Below are positions 1-11,400 of a stretch of 64,000 nt of DNA, piece after piece. Both the position numbers and the translations under genes were made by a program. Under the pieces are notes generated by a model. That model had not been told where the DNA came from and made no database searches. It worked only from the letters and a program-made list of their open reading frames with translations. The stretch is from Vulcanimicrobiota bacterium (GTDB lineage: Bacteria; Vulcanimicrobiota; Xenobia; Xenobiales; JADMJV01), in the NCBI GenBank assembly GCA_050250895.1, contig JBFWNU010000001.1:2278210-2342209 (forward strand), in the 5' to 3' direction. The number at the start of each line of letters is the position of its first letter. The first letter of the stretch is position 1.

Positions 1-140
1 CCTACACCGGTGTTTACGTTGCCCACTCGGTTCCGGATGCTTACACGATTTGGTGCGCTACCACGAACCACCAGGGTGCCAGTATCACCACCGCCAACTA
101 TCCGCAGTACACCGCCGTTCAGGGTCTCATCGAGCGCCCT
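1..140 (+). CDS. 3' end of an upstream CDS (partial; product unknown, possibly a pilin-like protein)
   Basis: Open frame from the window edge ending at TAA 138-140 (…VYVAHSVPDAYTIWCATTNHQGASITTANYPQYTAVQGLIERP*). A hairpin plus T-run follows directly. The location upstream of pilD is suggestive only. Confidence 0.3.
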
Positions 141-159
141 TAATCGGTCCCACTGCTAA

Positions 160-195
160 AAGAGAGGAAGCTTCGGCTTCCTCTTTTTTATTTTA
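160..195 (+). terminator. Rho-independent terminator
   Basis: Perfect hairpin agaggaagc-ttcg-gcttcctct followed by TTTTTTATTTT. Confidence 0.6.
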
Positions 196-234
196 TGAAC
201 GGAATTTTTCTTGGCTGGCTAGAATTAGACTGAG

Positions 235-1086
235 GTGGTCGACCTGGAGCTTCTCGAAATCTATACCGTGGCGAACCCTCTGAGTATCTGTCTGGCCTTT
301 GTGTTTTGCTCGTTGGCTGGCAGCTTTCTCAATGTGGTGATCTATCGCACGCCTCTGGAACGGTCGGTCGTGTTGCCCCCGTCGGCCTGTACCACCTGCG
401 GGGTTCCTCTGCGCTGGTGGCAGAACATCCCTATCCTGTCCTACTTGAGCCTGGGGGGGCGCTGCCATTTCTGCTCGAGCAGTTACTCGTCACGATACGC
501 CTGGCTCGAATTGTTCGTCGCCAGTGTAGGAGCCGGGATGTTCTGGTTCTATGGCGGGCTGGCCTGGCAGTTTATCTACCACTTCACCTTCTTTTGTCTT
601 TGTACCGCCGTTTTCTTTACCGATCTCGATCACTGGATCATTCCTGACGAGGTCAACCTGTTCGGCGTTTTGTTCGGGTGTTCTCTGGCCTATTTCATGC
701 CGGTTCGGGGAGATATGGAATTGTTGGCCTATCCGCTGGCTCCCGGAGTTCAGAATTTGGTCTCGTCCATCCTTGGCGTGGGCTGTGGATTGGCTTTCTT
801 TTGGGCCATTCAGGTGATCGGGCTTATGTTGGCCAAGCAAGAGGCCATGGGAGGAGGGGATGTCAAATTCGCCGCTCTCATCGGGGCCTTTCTGGGCTGG
901 CGCATGGGATTCGTGGCCTTCATGGGCAGCTTTTTGCTGGGCGCGTTTGTGGCCGTGCCGATGATGCTATTCGGGGGGCGCGGCAAAGATCCGATCCCCT
1001 TTGGCACCTTCATGGCCCTGTCGGCAGTGCCCTGTGCCCTGTGGGGGGACCGACTGCTTGCCGAGTGGCTGATGACCTACTACTAA
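235..1086 (+). CDS. pilD: Prepilin peptidase / N-methyltransferase (peptidase A24)
   Basis: N-terminal 4-Cys zinc motif (CTTCG…CHFC), polytopic membrane protein, A24 family-like signature; 283 aa. Confidence 0.85.
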   Translation: MVDLELLEIYTVANPLSICLAFVFCSLAGSFLNVVIYRTPLERSVVLPPSACTTCGVPLRWWQNIPILSYLSLGGRCHFCSSSYSSRYAWLELFVASVGAGMFWFYGGLAWQFIYHFTFFCLCTAVFFTDLDHWIIPDEVNLFGVLFGCSLAYFMPVRGDMELLAYPLAPGVQNLVSSILGVGCGLAFFWAIQVIGLMLAKQEAMGGGDVKFAALIGAFLGWRMGFVAFMGSFLLGAFVAVPMMLFGGRGKDPIPFGTFMALSAVPCALWGDRLLAEWLMTYY

Positions 1087-1516
1087 ACCCCCAAAGGGTG
1101 GCGCCGTCGACCGTCCTCCAGCCGACCCTTTTTTAGGCTCGTTTTGTCTTGACGTGAGATGCATTCCATGGTTTGCTAGGTGCTACCGATTGCCGCCGGT
1201 CGATTCGACATGGGGGGGCGAAAGCAAAGTTCGCAAGTGAGGAGGGTACAACCCCGTCCTGGCCAAAGTCGGTCCTGCGTGACCGCTCTGTTCGATTCCC
1301 TGTCCGGGTCTGGTTGTCTCGGGCGGGCTGAGAACCCTGTGTTTAAGGGCTTTCCTGGTTGTCTTCCTTAAAGAGGAGTTTGCGGTAAGCCATCGAAAAC
1401 ACGTTGTTGGTTGAGAACTTTTTAATTTTTTTCGCCGAGAAATGAAAGTGTGTCATTGGCACTCTGGTAAATTTGGCGGAGATTTAATCTCCCGAACGGG
1501 AGGGGGTGAATGGTAG

Positions 1517-2617
1517 ATGGATTTTTTTAGGAAGCTATTCTCTAAGGCGCCTGAGTTGGGCGCTATCGACATTGGCAGCAACATGATCAAGGTTGCCATC
1601 GTCAACGAGAAGAAGGGCGCCCCACCCGAGCTTTATCGCTATGCCCAATGCGCCACGCCGCCAATGACCATCAAAGATGGCTCCATTGTCGACGCTCAGC
1701 TGCTGGGTGAAACGATAGCAGGCCTGCTCGCTTCGAGCGACATCCAGGTCGGCAAGTTGGTGTCGGCTGTGGCCGGTCAGCAGGTCGTGATTCGTCCGAT
1801 CCAGATGACCAAGATGAAGCAGTCCGAGGTCAACCAGGCTATCAAGTTCGAGGCCGAGCGCTATCTACCATACTCGGTGACTGATGCCTCGGTGTCGGGA
1901 ATGATTATCAACGAGCATGTCGACGAGCGCAGTATGGAAGTGCTGTTGATCGCCGTACCCAACGAGATCGTCGCCAACGCGCGCGAGGTGGTCAAGATGG
2001 CCGAAGTCGAGCCCGGCCCCATCGATCTCGAACCCCTGGCCCTGTTCCGTTCACTCAAGCATTGTGTGAGCGACGAGCAGATGGCGGGGACGCTGGCCTT
2101 GATTAATCTCGGCGCGAGCTTCAGTAGTATCAATATTTTCCGCCAACGGGTCCTGCGCCATAACCGGACGATTTCCATCGCGGGCAACTCGTTCACCAAG
2201 GCGATCGGACAATCTCTCAATCTTTCTTTCGAAGAAGCCGAAAAGATCAAGAAAGAGAAGGGTGTCATCCGGGTCGAGAACAACGCCGACCCGGTGCCGC
2301 CCACGACGATGAGAATTTTCAATCTCATCGTTCCCGTCTTGACCGAGCTGGTGACCGAAATCCAGCGCTCGTTCGACTACTACCGTTCGCGCTACAAGGA
2401 CGGAGCGGTCGACCTGGTGATTCTCTCGGGCGGCACCGCAAAATTCAAGAATATTGACCAGTTTCTGGCCAACGAACTCGGCGTCAAAGCCGAGATCGCC
2501 AATCCCTTTCGAGGGATTAATGCCCAGAAAGTGCCTGGTCTCTCTCAGGCCGACCTGGCTGATATCGCGCCCAATGCTATGGTTGCTCTGGGCTTGGCCC
2601 TGAGGGAGGCTCAGTGA
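1517..2617 (+). CDS. pilM: Type IV pilus assembly ATPase-fold protein PilM
   Basis: Actin-like fold motifs (IDIGSNMIKVA…, LSGGTAKF), 366 aa; GGGAGGGGG RBS 8 nt upstream of the ATG. Confidence 0.85.
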   Translation: MDFFRKLFSKAPELGAIDIGSNMIKVAIVNEKKGAPPELYRYAQCATPPMTIKDGSIVDAQLLGETIAGLLASSDIQVGKLVSAVAGQQVVIRPIQMTKMKQSEVNQAIKFEAERYLPYSVTDASVSGMIINEHVDERSMEVLLIAVPNEIVANAREVVKMAEVEPGPIDLEPLALFRSLKHCVSDEQMAGTLALINLGASFSSINIFRQRVLRHNRTISIAGNSFTKAIGQSLNLSFEEAEKIKKEKGVIRVENNADPVPPTTMRIFNLIVPVLTELVTEIQRSFDYYRSRYKDGAVDLVILSGGTAKFKNIDQFLANELGVKAEIANPFRGINAQKVPGLSQADLADIAPNAMVALGLALREAQ

Positions 2618-2936
2618 AGAAGAACCTGCAAATTCGTGGTGAGACCACCTATAAAGAAGGTGGGGAGGAATTCACCCGTTTCACTAGAAAGTGCAGTCTT
2701 CTTGATCTTGAATTAGATTGTCGAATTGGAAATACCGAAGGAATCGCTCTGCAGCGAGGGCAGGTCCGGATCGGAGGGTGGTGATGGTGACATCGTGATA
2801 AACACTCTCCGGGGCGGATGTCTCTCAGGCTTAGGGTCTGGCAGTCTCTCCTCGAAGTTATCGCGGTTCGACCGCGAGACGCAATTCATTATCGGTATTA
2901 GACTACGAAAATTGACTAGGGAGGTGGGTTTGACTT

Positions 2937-5006
2937 ATGCCATCGGTGACGCATAGAGGCATAAAGTTTCTGCTAGCGTGTATGCTTGCCGTTGGTTTCG
3001 CCTGTTCCACCGTCTCCGCTGCAAGCGCCGCCACTGTTACGGACGTCAAAGTCAGTAACGGTGCCAACGGCACGCTGCAAGTGGAAGTCGGTGCCAACGG
3101 CGCGGTGAAACACCGTGCCAAAACACTGTCGAAACCGCAGAAACTAATCGTAGTTGATGTGTTCCCTGCCGTGCTCGGCCAGAACGTGAGAACGTCCTTT
3201 GACGTGAACCAGGGTCTGGTGGAGAAGGTTCGGGTAAAACAATACAACGACAACACTGTAAGAGTGTATGTCGACGTTATCACCCTTCCTGAGTTCAAGG
3301 TGATGACCGCAGACGGTTCGAAAGGCCTGACCTTGGCCGTGTCGACCGCTCAGATGGCCGAGGGGAAAGCGACGAGCGCCCCGTCCACGAGCGAAGAAGA
3401 CACCGAGGTTGCTACTCAACCGACTGCGCCGGCAACCCAACCCCGGGTTGCTCAGTCTTCCCCTCGTCCTCGGACGGCTCCCCGACAGGTGTCGAACAAC
3501 GGCATCAACATGTCGGGAGCCGGTGACGCTCCGGTGTCGGCTTTGCGGCCGCGTCGGGCACCCAAAAAGGCCCCCGCTCCGAAGCAGCGTCTGGTGACGC
3601 TCGACTTCGTGAACGCTGACCTGGTCTACGTGATCAAGGTGTTGGCCAAAGAGATGAACCGTAACGTTTTCGTCGGCCCTACGGTCGACGGCTCCGTGAC
3701 GGTGACTCTCAAGAACGTCCCTGTCGAGGGCGCTCTGGCTCTGATCCTGAAAATGCAGGAGAATGAGTACGACTATAAGGTGTTGAAAAACACCATTGTA
3801 GTGGCCGCCCCCGAGAAGCTGTCGGAGATTCCCGACGACATCCTCGATGACTCCAAGGTCAAAGAGCCGCTTCTGCCGGAATTTACGATTCGTCAGGAGA
3901 TCCTGCTCGAGAAAGCTCCCGCTGCTAAGGTGATGGAGTTCCTCGAAGGGCAGTATGATCGGGTGAAGTTCACTGCTCACCCGACCATGAACGGGTTCTA
4001 TGTCGTGGGATCCCGGGAAGACGTTCTCCAGATCAAGCGCGAAGTGCCGAATCTGGACCGTGTTCCCGAGCCTCCGCCGCCACCGCTCCGTGAGTTCCTC
4101 ACGGTGAAGTATGGCGACATCAACGAGGTTCGTACCCTTCTTTCGACGCTGGTTCCCGACGTTCAGTACAATGTGGACACTCGTCTGAACCTGATCATCG
4201 CCGAGGGTTCCCCGGGCGCTATCGACCAGGTGAAAGAGCTGTTGGCTGAAATCGACCGTCCCCTCGACCAGGTCATGATCGACGTCAAAGTCGTCGACAT
4301 CACCGAGAACGGCCGTAAACAGCTGGGCGTTTCCTGGGGTGCTTCCGGCGCTCCGGGTACCGTCATCACTACCTTCACTGAAGGTGTTACCGGCCAGCGC
4401 CTCGAGCGCAACAACAACGCAGGTGGTGCGATTTTGAACCCGGGTGCTCTCACCCAGATTCAGAGTTTCGCCGCCATCGGGATCTCCGAGTTCGCTCGCA
4501 GTCCGCTCATCCTGGAAGCCTCGATTCAGTTCCTGGTGACCCAGGGCGAAGCCAAGGTTCTTGCCTCGCCTCGCGTGGCAACCCGTTCGGGCCGCGACGC
4601 TCTCATCCACATCGGCGACAAGTTCCCGATCGTCTACTTCGACCCCCGCGCTGGACAGTTCCAGGTGCAGTATGTTGACATCGGCATCAAGCTGGATGTC
4701 AAACCCGAGATCAAGGCCGACGGCTTCGTGCTGGTCGACCTGCGTCCCGAGGTCAGCACTCTGGTCGAGTTGGTCAACAACCAGTATCCTCGCACCGCGG
4801 TTCGTACCGTCAACACGTCAATGCGTGTTAAAGATGGTGATACTATCATCATCGGCGGTCTGATCCAGGAGCAGGATCTACAGTCGGTCACCAAAGTGCC
4901 GCTGTTGGGCGACCTGCCGATTATCGGCACGTTGTTCCGTCAGACTTCGGTCACCAAGACCCGCAACGAGGTCGTGATGATGCTCACTCCTAGCGTGATG
5001 CGCTAG
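2937..5006 (+). CDS. pilQ: Type IV pilus secretin PilQ with N-terminal AMIN domain and a Pro/Ala-rich linker
   Basis: Signal peptide, AMIN-like N-domain, and secretin C-domain motifs (LVTQGEAKVLASPRVATRSG…, VPLLGDLPIIGTLF…MMLTP); 689 aa. Confidence 0.9.
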   Translation: MPSVTHRGIKFLLACMLAVGFACSTVSAASAATVTDVKVSNGANGTLQVEVGANGAVKHRAKTLSKPQKLIVVDVFPAVLGQNVRTSFDVNQGLVEKVRVKQYNDNTVRVYVDVITLPEFKVMTADGSKGLTLAVSTAQMAEGKATSAPSTSEEDTEVATQPTAPATQPRVAQSSPRPRTAPRQVSNNGINMSGAGDAPVSALRPRRAPKKAPAPKQRLVTLDFVNADLVYVIKVLAKEMNRNVFVGPTVDGSVTVTLKNVPVEGALALILKMQENEYDYKVLKNTIVVAAPEKLSEIPDDILDDSKVKEPLLPEFTIRQEILLEKAPAAKVMEFLEGQYDRVKFTAHPTMNGFYVVGSREDVLQIKREVPNLDRVPEPPPPPLREFLTVKYGDINEVRTLLSTLVPDVQYNVDTRLNLIIAEGSPGAIDQVKELLAEIDRPLDQVMIDVKVVDITENGRKQLGVSWGASGAPGTVITTFTEGVTGQRLERNNNAGGAILNPGALTQIQSFAAIGISEFARSPLILEASIQFLVTQGEAKVLASPRVATRSGRDALIHIGDKFPIVYFDPRAGQFQVQYVDIGIKLDVKPEIKADGFVLVDLRPEVSTLVELVNNQYPRTAVRTVNTSMRVKDGDTIIIGGLIQEQDLQSVTKVPLLGDLPIIGTLFRQTSVTKTRNEVVMMLTPSVMR

Positions 5007-5026
5007 TAGAACATCGTCGCCAACGA

Positions 5027-5066
5027 AGAGCGCCGTCCCCAGGGGCGGCGCTCTTTCTTTGTTTCC
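5027..5066 (+). terminator. Probable rho-independent terminator after pilQ
   Basis: GC-rich imperfect hairpin gagcgccgtcccc-a-ggggcggcgctc followed by TTTCTTTGTTT. Confidence 0.45.
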
Positions 5067-5404
5067 GGGATGGCCTTCTCGGGGCAGGCTAGAATGCTCT
5101 TCATTATACCATCCGCTGGTTTGGCTTGCAGGATCGCTTGACTTGGGAACCGAACCAAGTTCAACGACTTGAAGTTTAGTTCACGCGCGCCTGGAAAGCG
5201 ACCGTGAGTAGAACGGGCCACGACAATAGAGATAGGTCCGTGTGGCTGCTCTAGAATCAGCGTCGCGAACTGAAGAGCTACACAGTACGGGTTGGTACAA
5301 CTTGATCTCATTCGAAGGTAGGGCCTTTCACGGTCCAGCTATCCTAGTATTGTCCGACAACATTGTTCAGGGCTCCGTTATGTCCCATGGAAGGAGGTCC
5401 CACA

Positions 5405-8400
5405 ATGGCTGACGCTGTTGCTCTTCTTTCCGATGCCCAACGTTCGTACACCACCGGTGACTGGGACCAGGCGATCGACGCCTACAAGAAGGCCCTCGAG
5501 GCCGACCCGAACAATCGCGAAGCTTGCGAAAAGATGGCCAAGGTCTACGCCATTCGCGGGATGTACAAGTCGGTCATCTCCACCTATTATCAGCTGATTG
5601 ACATTCTCGAGTCGAGTGACGACCTCAATGGTGCTCTCGAGGTGGCCGATTGGGTGATGGCGCTCAAGCCCGACTCGGCTGAGGCCAGGGCCAAGCGCAT
5701 CCTGGTCTTCCAGAAGAAGGGCGACACCGAAGAGGTGGTTCGCCAGTCGCGCGGCCTGGCCAGGTTGTACATCGAACTCGGCGAGGGCGACAAATCGATC
5801 CAGCTGTTGCAGCAAGCCCAGAAGGCGGACCCTGATAATCTCGACATTGGGCTCGAACTGGCCGAGATGTATGTCAGCCATGGCCATATTCAGGACGGTG
5901 CAAATCAGTACCGCAAGGTAGCCAACGCTTTCCAGGACCAGGGCAACCTCGAGCGGGCCGCCGAGGCCTATAAGCGCATGAAGGTGATCGTGTCCGACGA
6001 CCCCGGCGTGCTGCTCACTCTGGGGCGGCTGTATGTCGACCTGCGCCGCTACAACGAGGCTGAGCAAGAGTTCCGCTCCATCTTAAGACACAATCTCAGC
6101 CACGAAGAGGCTTTGCTTGAACTGGGCCGCGTCTGTCAGCTAAAGGGTCAGTTCCGCGACGCCATTCTTGCCTTCAACAAGATCCTTTCCATCAACCCCG
6201 ACGTGGTCATGGCCAAAGAGAAGTTGGGTGAGCTCTACAAAGCTCAGGGCCTGGTGCCGGAGGCCATCAAGAATTTCCTGGCCGCGGCTCAGGCTTATCT
6301 CGAGATCGACGAGAAGGACAAAGCCATCCATCTCTATCAGATCGTTCTTGGTCTCGACACCAGCAACGCCACGGCTTGTCGCGAGTTGACCAACCTGGGT
6401 GCGCCACTCATCGGTATCGAACCCGAGCCAGAGCCCGAACCCGAGCCGGTGCCCGAACCGGTGGCGCAAGCCGAGCCAGAACCAGAGTTCGAGCCCGAAC
6501 CAGAGTTCGAGCCGGAGCCCGAGCCTGAAGTGGCGGTTATGCAACCTCCGCCGGCGCCCGCTCCGGCTGCTGGCGGCGGTCGTGCTAACGGTTTCGCCTC
6601 TTCCGAGCCAGCTATGGCTGGACCGCCGCGCGCACCCCGGGCAGGCTTGACTCCTCCTGATTCTCCCCGACCGGGGCTGACCACTCCCGAGTCGCCCCGA
6701 CCGGGCCTGACTGCTCCGGACGCGGCCGATTCGCCGAAGCGCGGACTGGTTCGTCGAGGCGGCGATGCTAGTGGCGGCTTGCGCCCAGGTCTGCGTGGCC
6801 CGGGCGGCCCCGGAGGTCCTGGTGGCAAACCTACGCTTGGACTGCGCGACCACTCCGGCCCTTTGCGCAAGGGACTCGAGCGCGAGGGTGGCGTGGGCGA
6901 CAAGCCTATGCTGATGCGCAAGCCCATGCTGGAGCGACGCTCGCCGGCTGACGAGAAGCCGACCTTGAGTCGGAACGAAGCCCCCCGGCCAACACCCGAG
7001 CCGATCAGCGCCCGCGAACCCGAACCTACCGAGTTCGAGCCGTTGGAGCCGCTGGAGCCGCTGGAGCCTTTGGAAGCGGTCGAACCGCCGGCCATCTCAC
7101 CCCCACCCGCCCTGCCTCCGCTCGAGCCCGAGCCTGAGCCCGAGCCAGAATTCGACGAGCCGATGGCCGAGGTCGAGCACGCTGAAGAAGCCGACTTCGA
7201 TGGCGAAGAAGACGAGAGTGGCGAAGAACGCGGTGGTCTCGGACAGAGCTTGCTCGGTTCACGCCAGGAGCGGCCATCTCTGCGAGGTGGCGGACTGCTA
7301 GGCGCCGGGCCGCGGCTGGGCATCAAGCCAGGTCCCTCCCTGGGAAAACCCAAGTTGGGTGGTCTCGGCGGTTTGCGCTCGACCAAACCCGAAGGGCGCC
7401 CTGGCGGTCTTTTGCGTCCCGGTCAGCCGACCGGTCGGATCGAGGATGACGAGCAAGGTGCCGAAGAATCGGCCTCTTTCGACAACCCCGAAGAAGTAAA
7501 CGGCCTCTTCTCGCAAATGCGTGACAGGGCGAAGCCTGCCGAGGCTCCTACGCCCAGTTCCGAATTGATGTCTCCCGAGGGAGGGCTTTTCGACGGCGAG
7601 AGATCTGAATCGGACAGTCTCTTTGGCGAGCCCGCTCCCGCCGGCGGACTGTTTGATTCACCGGCCCCCTCTCCGGCCCAGGATCTATTTGGCGAGCCAG
7701 AACCCGCTGGCGGGGGTCTCTTCGATTCACCCGCGCAGACCGACAAAGACGACCTGTTCGGCTCGTCCCCGGCTTCTTCTGGCGGCTTGTTCGACTCGCC
7801 GGCTGAGCCCGCAGGCGGGCTTTTCGATACCAGCCCAGCCTCTCGAGCCGCTGACAGCTTGTTCGGCGAGCCTCCGGCCCCCTCGGCCCCATCCAACGAC
7901 CTGTTCAGTGAGCCGGCGCCCGCGGCGACTGCCTCGAATGAAGACCTGTTCTCGTCGCCTCCGGCCTCCGAGCCGGCCGGCCTTTTCGAATCACCCGAAC
8001 CGGCTCCGGCCGATTCGCTCTTTAGCTCGGCTCCCCGCAATGAAGAGCCGCCGAGTCTTTTCGACTCTCGCCCGGTCGACGAGTCCTCGTTGGAACCCCC
8101 CTCGGCCGAGCCGGTAGCTCAAGACGGTTCCGATCCGTTCGGTTCCAGCCACGACCTCTTCGATCAACCGCCGCCAGCCGACGCCGACGGACTGTTCGGT
8201 GGCCAGGCCACCCAATCAGACCTCTTTGACCAGCCAGCGCCGGTTGCCGACGACCTTTTCTCGGCTCCCGCAGAGGCACCGGCGGCGGATCTGTTCTCGT
8301 CCGCCCCGGCCCCAGCCAGCGACCTGTTCAGCCAGCCGGCGGCTCCGGTCGAAGAGCCTGCGGCGCCCTCAAATGACCCGTTCCATCAGTCGGCCGCTCC

Positions 8401-11400
8401 AGCCAGCGACCTGTTCAGCCAGCCCGCAGCCCCGGCCGGGGACCTGTTCAGCCAGCCCGCGGCTCCGGCCGGCGACCTGTTCAGCCAGCCCGCCGCTCCG
8501 GCCGCCGACCTGTTCAGCCAGCCCGCGGCTCCGGCCGGCGACCTGTTCAGCCAGCCCGCCGCTCCCTCGAGCGACCCTTTCTCTCAGCCCGCCGCCAGCG
8601 ATGACCCGTTCAGTCCGGCACCTGCGTCGGCTGAGTCCGCCGAAGCGCCGGCCAGCGACCTGTTCAGTCAGAGCCCGGCCCCGGCTGGAGATCTGTTCAG
8701 TCAGACCCCTGCGCCGGCGGCCGGTGACCTCTTCGGGCAGTCTTCGGCTCCGGCGGCCGACCTGTTCAGCCAGACCCCGGCAGGTGACCTGTTCAGCCAG
8801 GCACCGGCCAACGAGCCTTTCAGCCCGGCCCCCGAGCCCGACCCGGCTCCGGCCGCAGACCTGTTCAGCCAGGCCCCGGCCGGCGACCTGTTTTCGGCTG
8901 CTCCCGTCGAGGCGCCCTCCTCGGGTCTGTTCGAACAGCCCGCCGGCGGTGACCTGTTCTCGGCTGCGCCTGCGCCGGCCCCAGTCGAGCAACCGGTGGC
9001 CAGCGAGCCCGCCCCCGCCGGGGGATTGTTTGACGAGCCTGCCCCCGAGGCCCGGTCCGAGCTGTTCAGCCCTGCTCCCGAGACCGCTCCGGCCAGCGAG
9101 GCGGCGGAAGAACTCTTCTCGCCGACCACGCCCGAAGCCCCGGCCGAAGCCGCTGCGGGCGGTTTGTTCGACGAGCCCGCCCCGGCTGCGGGTGGCTTGT
9201 TCGACCCTGCTCCCGCCGCTGGACTGTTCAGTGAGGCGACCGGTTCGTCCCAAGATAAGAAGGCGGCCGTGTCGGCGGCCTTCGAGCGCTTCCGCAAAGA
9301 CAAGCCCGGCGGCGGCTCGCAGGAGCCGGTGCCCGGAGAGGAAGAGCCCAGGCTCTCGAGCGAGATCGTGCTGCCCCCGCGTCCGCAGGACTCGCCAGAC
9401 TTCCTGCAGGCTCTTGAAGCGACCCTGCCGCGCCCGGCCTCGGCCGAGCCCGAGCCCGAGGCTGCTCCACCCAGCGTAGAGTTGGATCTCGAGCCCAGCC
9501 ATGAGTCAGCCGAGGTTCCGGTTGCTCCTCCTGCTCACGAGAGTTTCGAGATCGAAGAGCCGGTGGCCACGGCCGAGCCTGAGGTGGTGGTGCCCGAGGT
9601 GGTGCCCGAACCCGTGCCCGAGCCCGAACCCGAGCCCGAAGTGCTGGGACGACCCACCGTCTCGATGTCGATCGAGGAAGAGTCGCCAGACGAACATGTC
9701 TCCCAGGCCGACGACGTTCGCAACTCCCTGGGTGACTCTGATGTGGCGACCTCGATTAGCGTCTATCGTAAGGCTGTGGAAGAATCTCCCGACAACTTGG
9801 TGTTGCGCACCCGGCTCGCCGACATCCACATGCAGTATGGGCTGCTTGAGGACGCCGTCGTCCAGTATCGCCAGATCATCAAGCGAAACCCCGCTTCCAT
9901 CAGCCTTCGCCACCGCCTGATTCAAGCTCACCTTTGGAACGAGAGTCACGATCAGGCGGCTGCGGCCTTGATGGAGTTGGCCGAACTGCACTCCGAGCAG
10001 GGTAACCACCAGGACGCTCTCGACGCGCTCCAGACGGTGCTCAGTCTCGACCCTCATCACTTCGAGGCTCGCAAGCGTCTGGTCGACCGGTTCACGGCTC
10101 TCGATGAGGCCAAACTGGCCGCCCACCACTTGCGTCAATTGGCCGAGGCGGCCCTCACGAAGGGCAACGTGGAAGAAGCCATCAGCGCCTTCAAGCAGTT
10201 GATGGAGATCTCCGACGATCCCAGTTTCCAGGACCGGCTGGCCCAGGTCTACGAGAGCCAGGGAGACAACCAGCAGGCGTTGCTCCACTATCGTCAACTG
10301 GTGGCGCGCTACCAGAGCGAAGAGAAGTGGGAAGAGGCAGCTGCCGCCACCGAGCGTATCGCCGAGCTCGACCCCGAAGCGGTCGAGACCCGCACCGGTC
10401 TCATCGACCTCTACCAAAAGCTGGGTCTGACCGACAAGGTGATCGAGCAACAATTCGAGCTGGCTCGCTATCACCAGGTGCGCGACGAGTTACCTGAGGC
10501 GATTGCGCTCTACGAGCGAGTCGTGGCGGCGCGACCGCAGAAATACGATGCCCGCCGCCTACTGGTCGACGCCTATCTCGATTCCGGCAAGGTGCCGGCG
10601 GCGCTGCAGCAGTCCGAGGCGCTCACGGAGCACTATCTGACCACCAAAGACCACACCACCGCCATCGAACTTTACAGGCGATTGGTGGAGGCCGACTCCG
10701 AGAACGTCGAGCTACGCGAACGCCTGATCAAGTTCTACAACATGGCCGAAGACTCGACCAACGCCATGGAGCAGCTGCTGATCCTGGCTGGTCTGCACCG
10801 CGCCAACGAGCGCTACTCGCAGGCGGTGGATTGTTATCGCAGGGCGCTCGAACTTGACGAGTCGCGAGTTGACTTGCATTACGAACTGGCTCAGATCCAT
10901 GTCGACCACCTCGACGACCTCGAGTCGGCGATGCGGCAGTTCCGCCGGGTCTACGAGCTGGCCCCCACCAACCTCGAGGCCATGGAACGCTACATTCGCA
11001 TGCTGCTCGACGCCGGCAGCGCGGGCGAGGCGGGCGAGGTGCTCAATAAACTGGTCGAATCCAGTGACTCGGGCGACCAGGTTCGCGAAGCGCTTCTCTC
11101 CGAACTCAAAGCCAAGATCGAGCGCGACCCCGCCGACATGTCGGCCCGTTTCAACTATGGTGAGCTGTGCTTCCACCTGGGCGAACTTGACCTGGGTATC
11201 GAGCAGTTCCAGCAGACGCGCCGTGACCCGGCTTTCGAACTCAAGTCGTACAACATGTTAGGTCTATGCTTTGCCGAGAAGACCGGCTTCAATATGCTGG
11301 ACCTGGCCATCAAGCAGTTCCGCAAAGGTCTCGAGACCCGCGGTCACTCCGACCAGGATTATCTCGAACTCAAATACAACCTGGCGATGCTTCAGTATCG

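Noticed and set aside
2726-2956. 76-aa ORF between pilM and pilQ as a remnant pilN/pilO
   Set aside because: It has no N-terminal PilM-binding motif or TM helix. It is Gly/Ser-rich, overlaps the pilQ start, and is likely non-coding.
5363-5404. Longer N-terminal starts given by the ORF track for several genes (5363, 15920, 24497-25573, 30977, 49536, 55592, 56653, 57597, 59214-60584, 60804, 60236-60970)
   Set aside because: In each case an internal start with an RBS, a stop-start overlap or a homolog N-terminus fits better. The extensions overlap neighbouring genes or add non-homologous Arg/Pro-rich sequence.
5378-10474. Long antisense ORFs inside the giant TPR gene (5378-6067, 6140-6853, 6337-7386, 7423-8040, 8369-9502, 9506-10474 minus; 8199-9479 plus in another frame)
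   Set aside because: They overlap the strongly supported + strand gene completely. They are Arg/Ser/Gly/Pro-rich translations typical of GC-rich antisense frames, with no RBS or domain signals.
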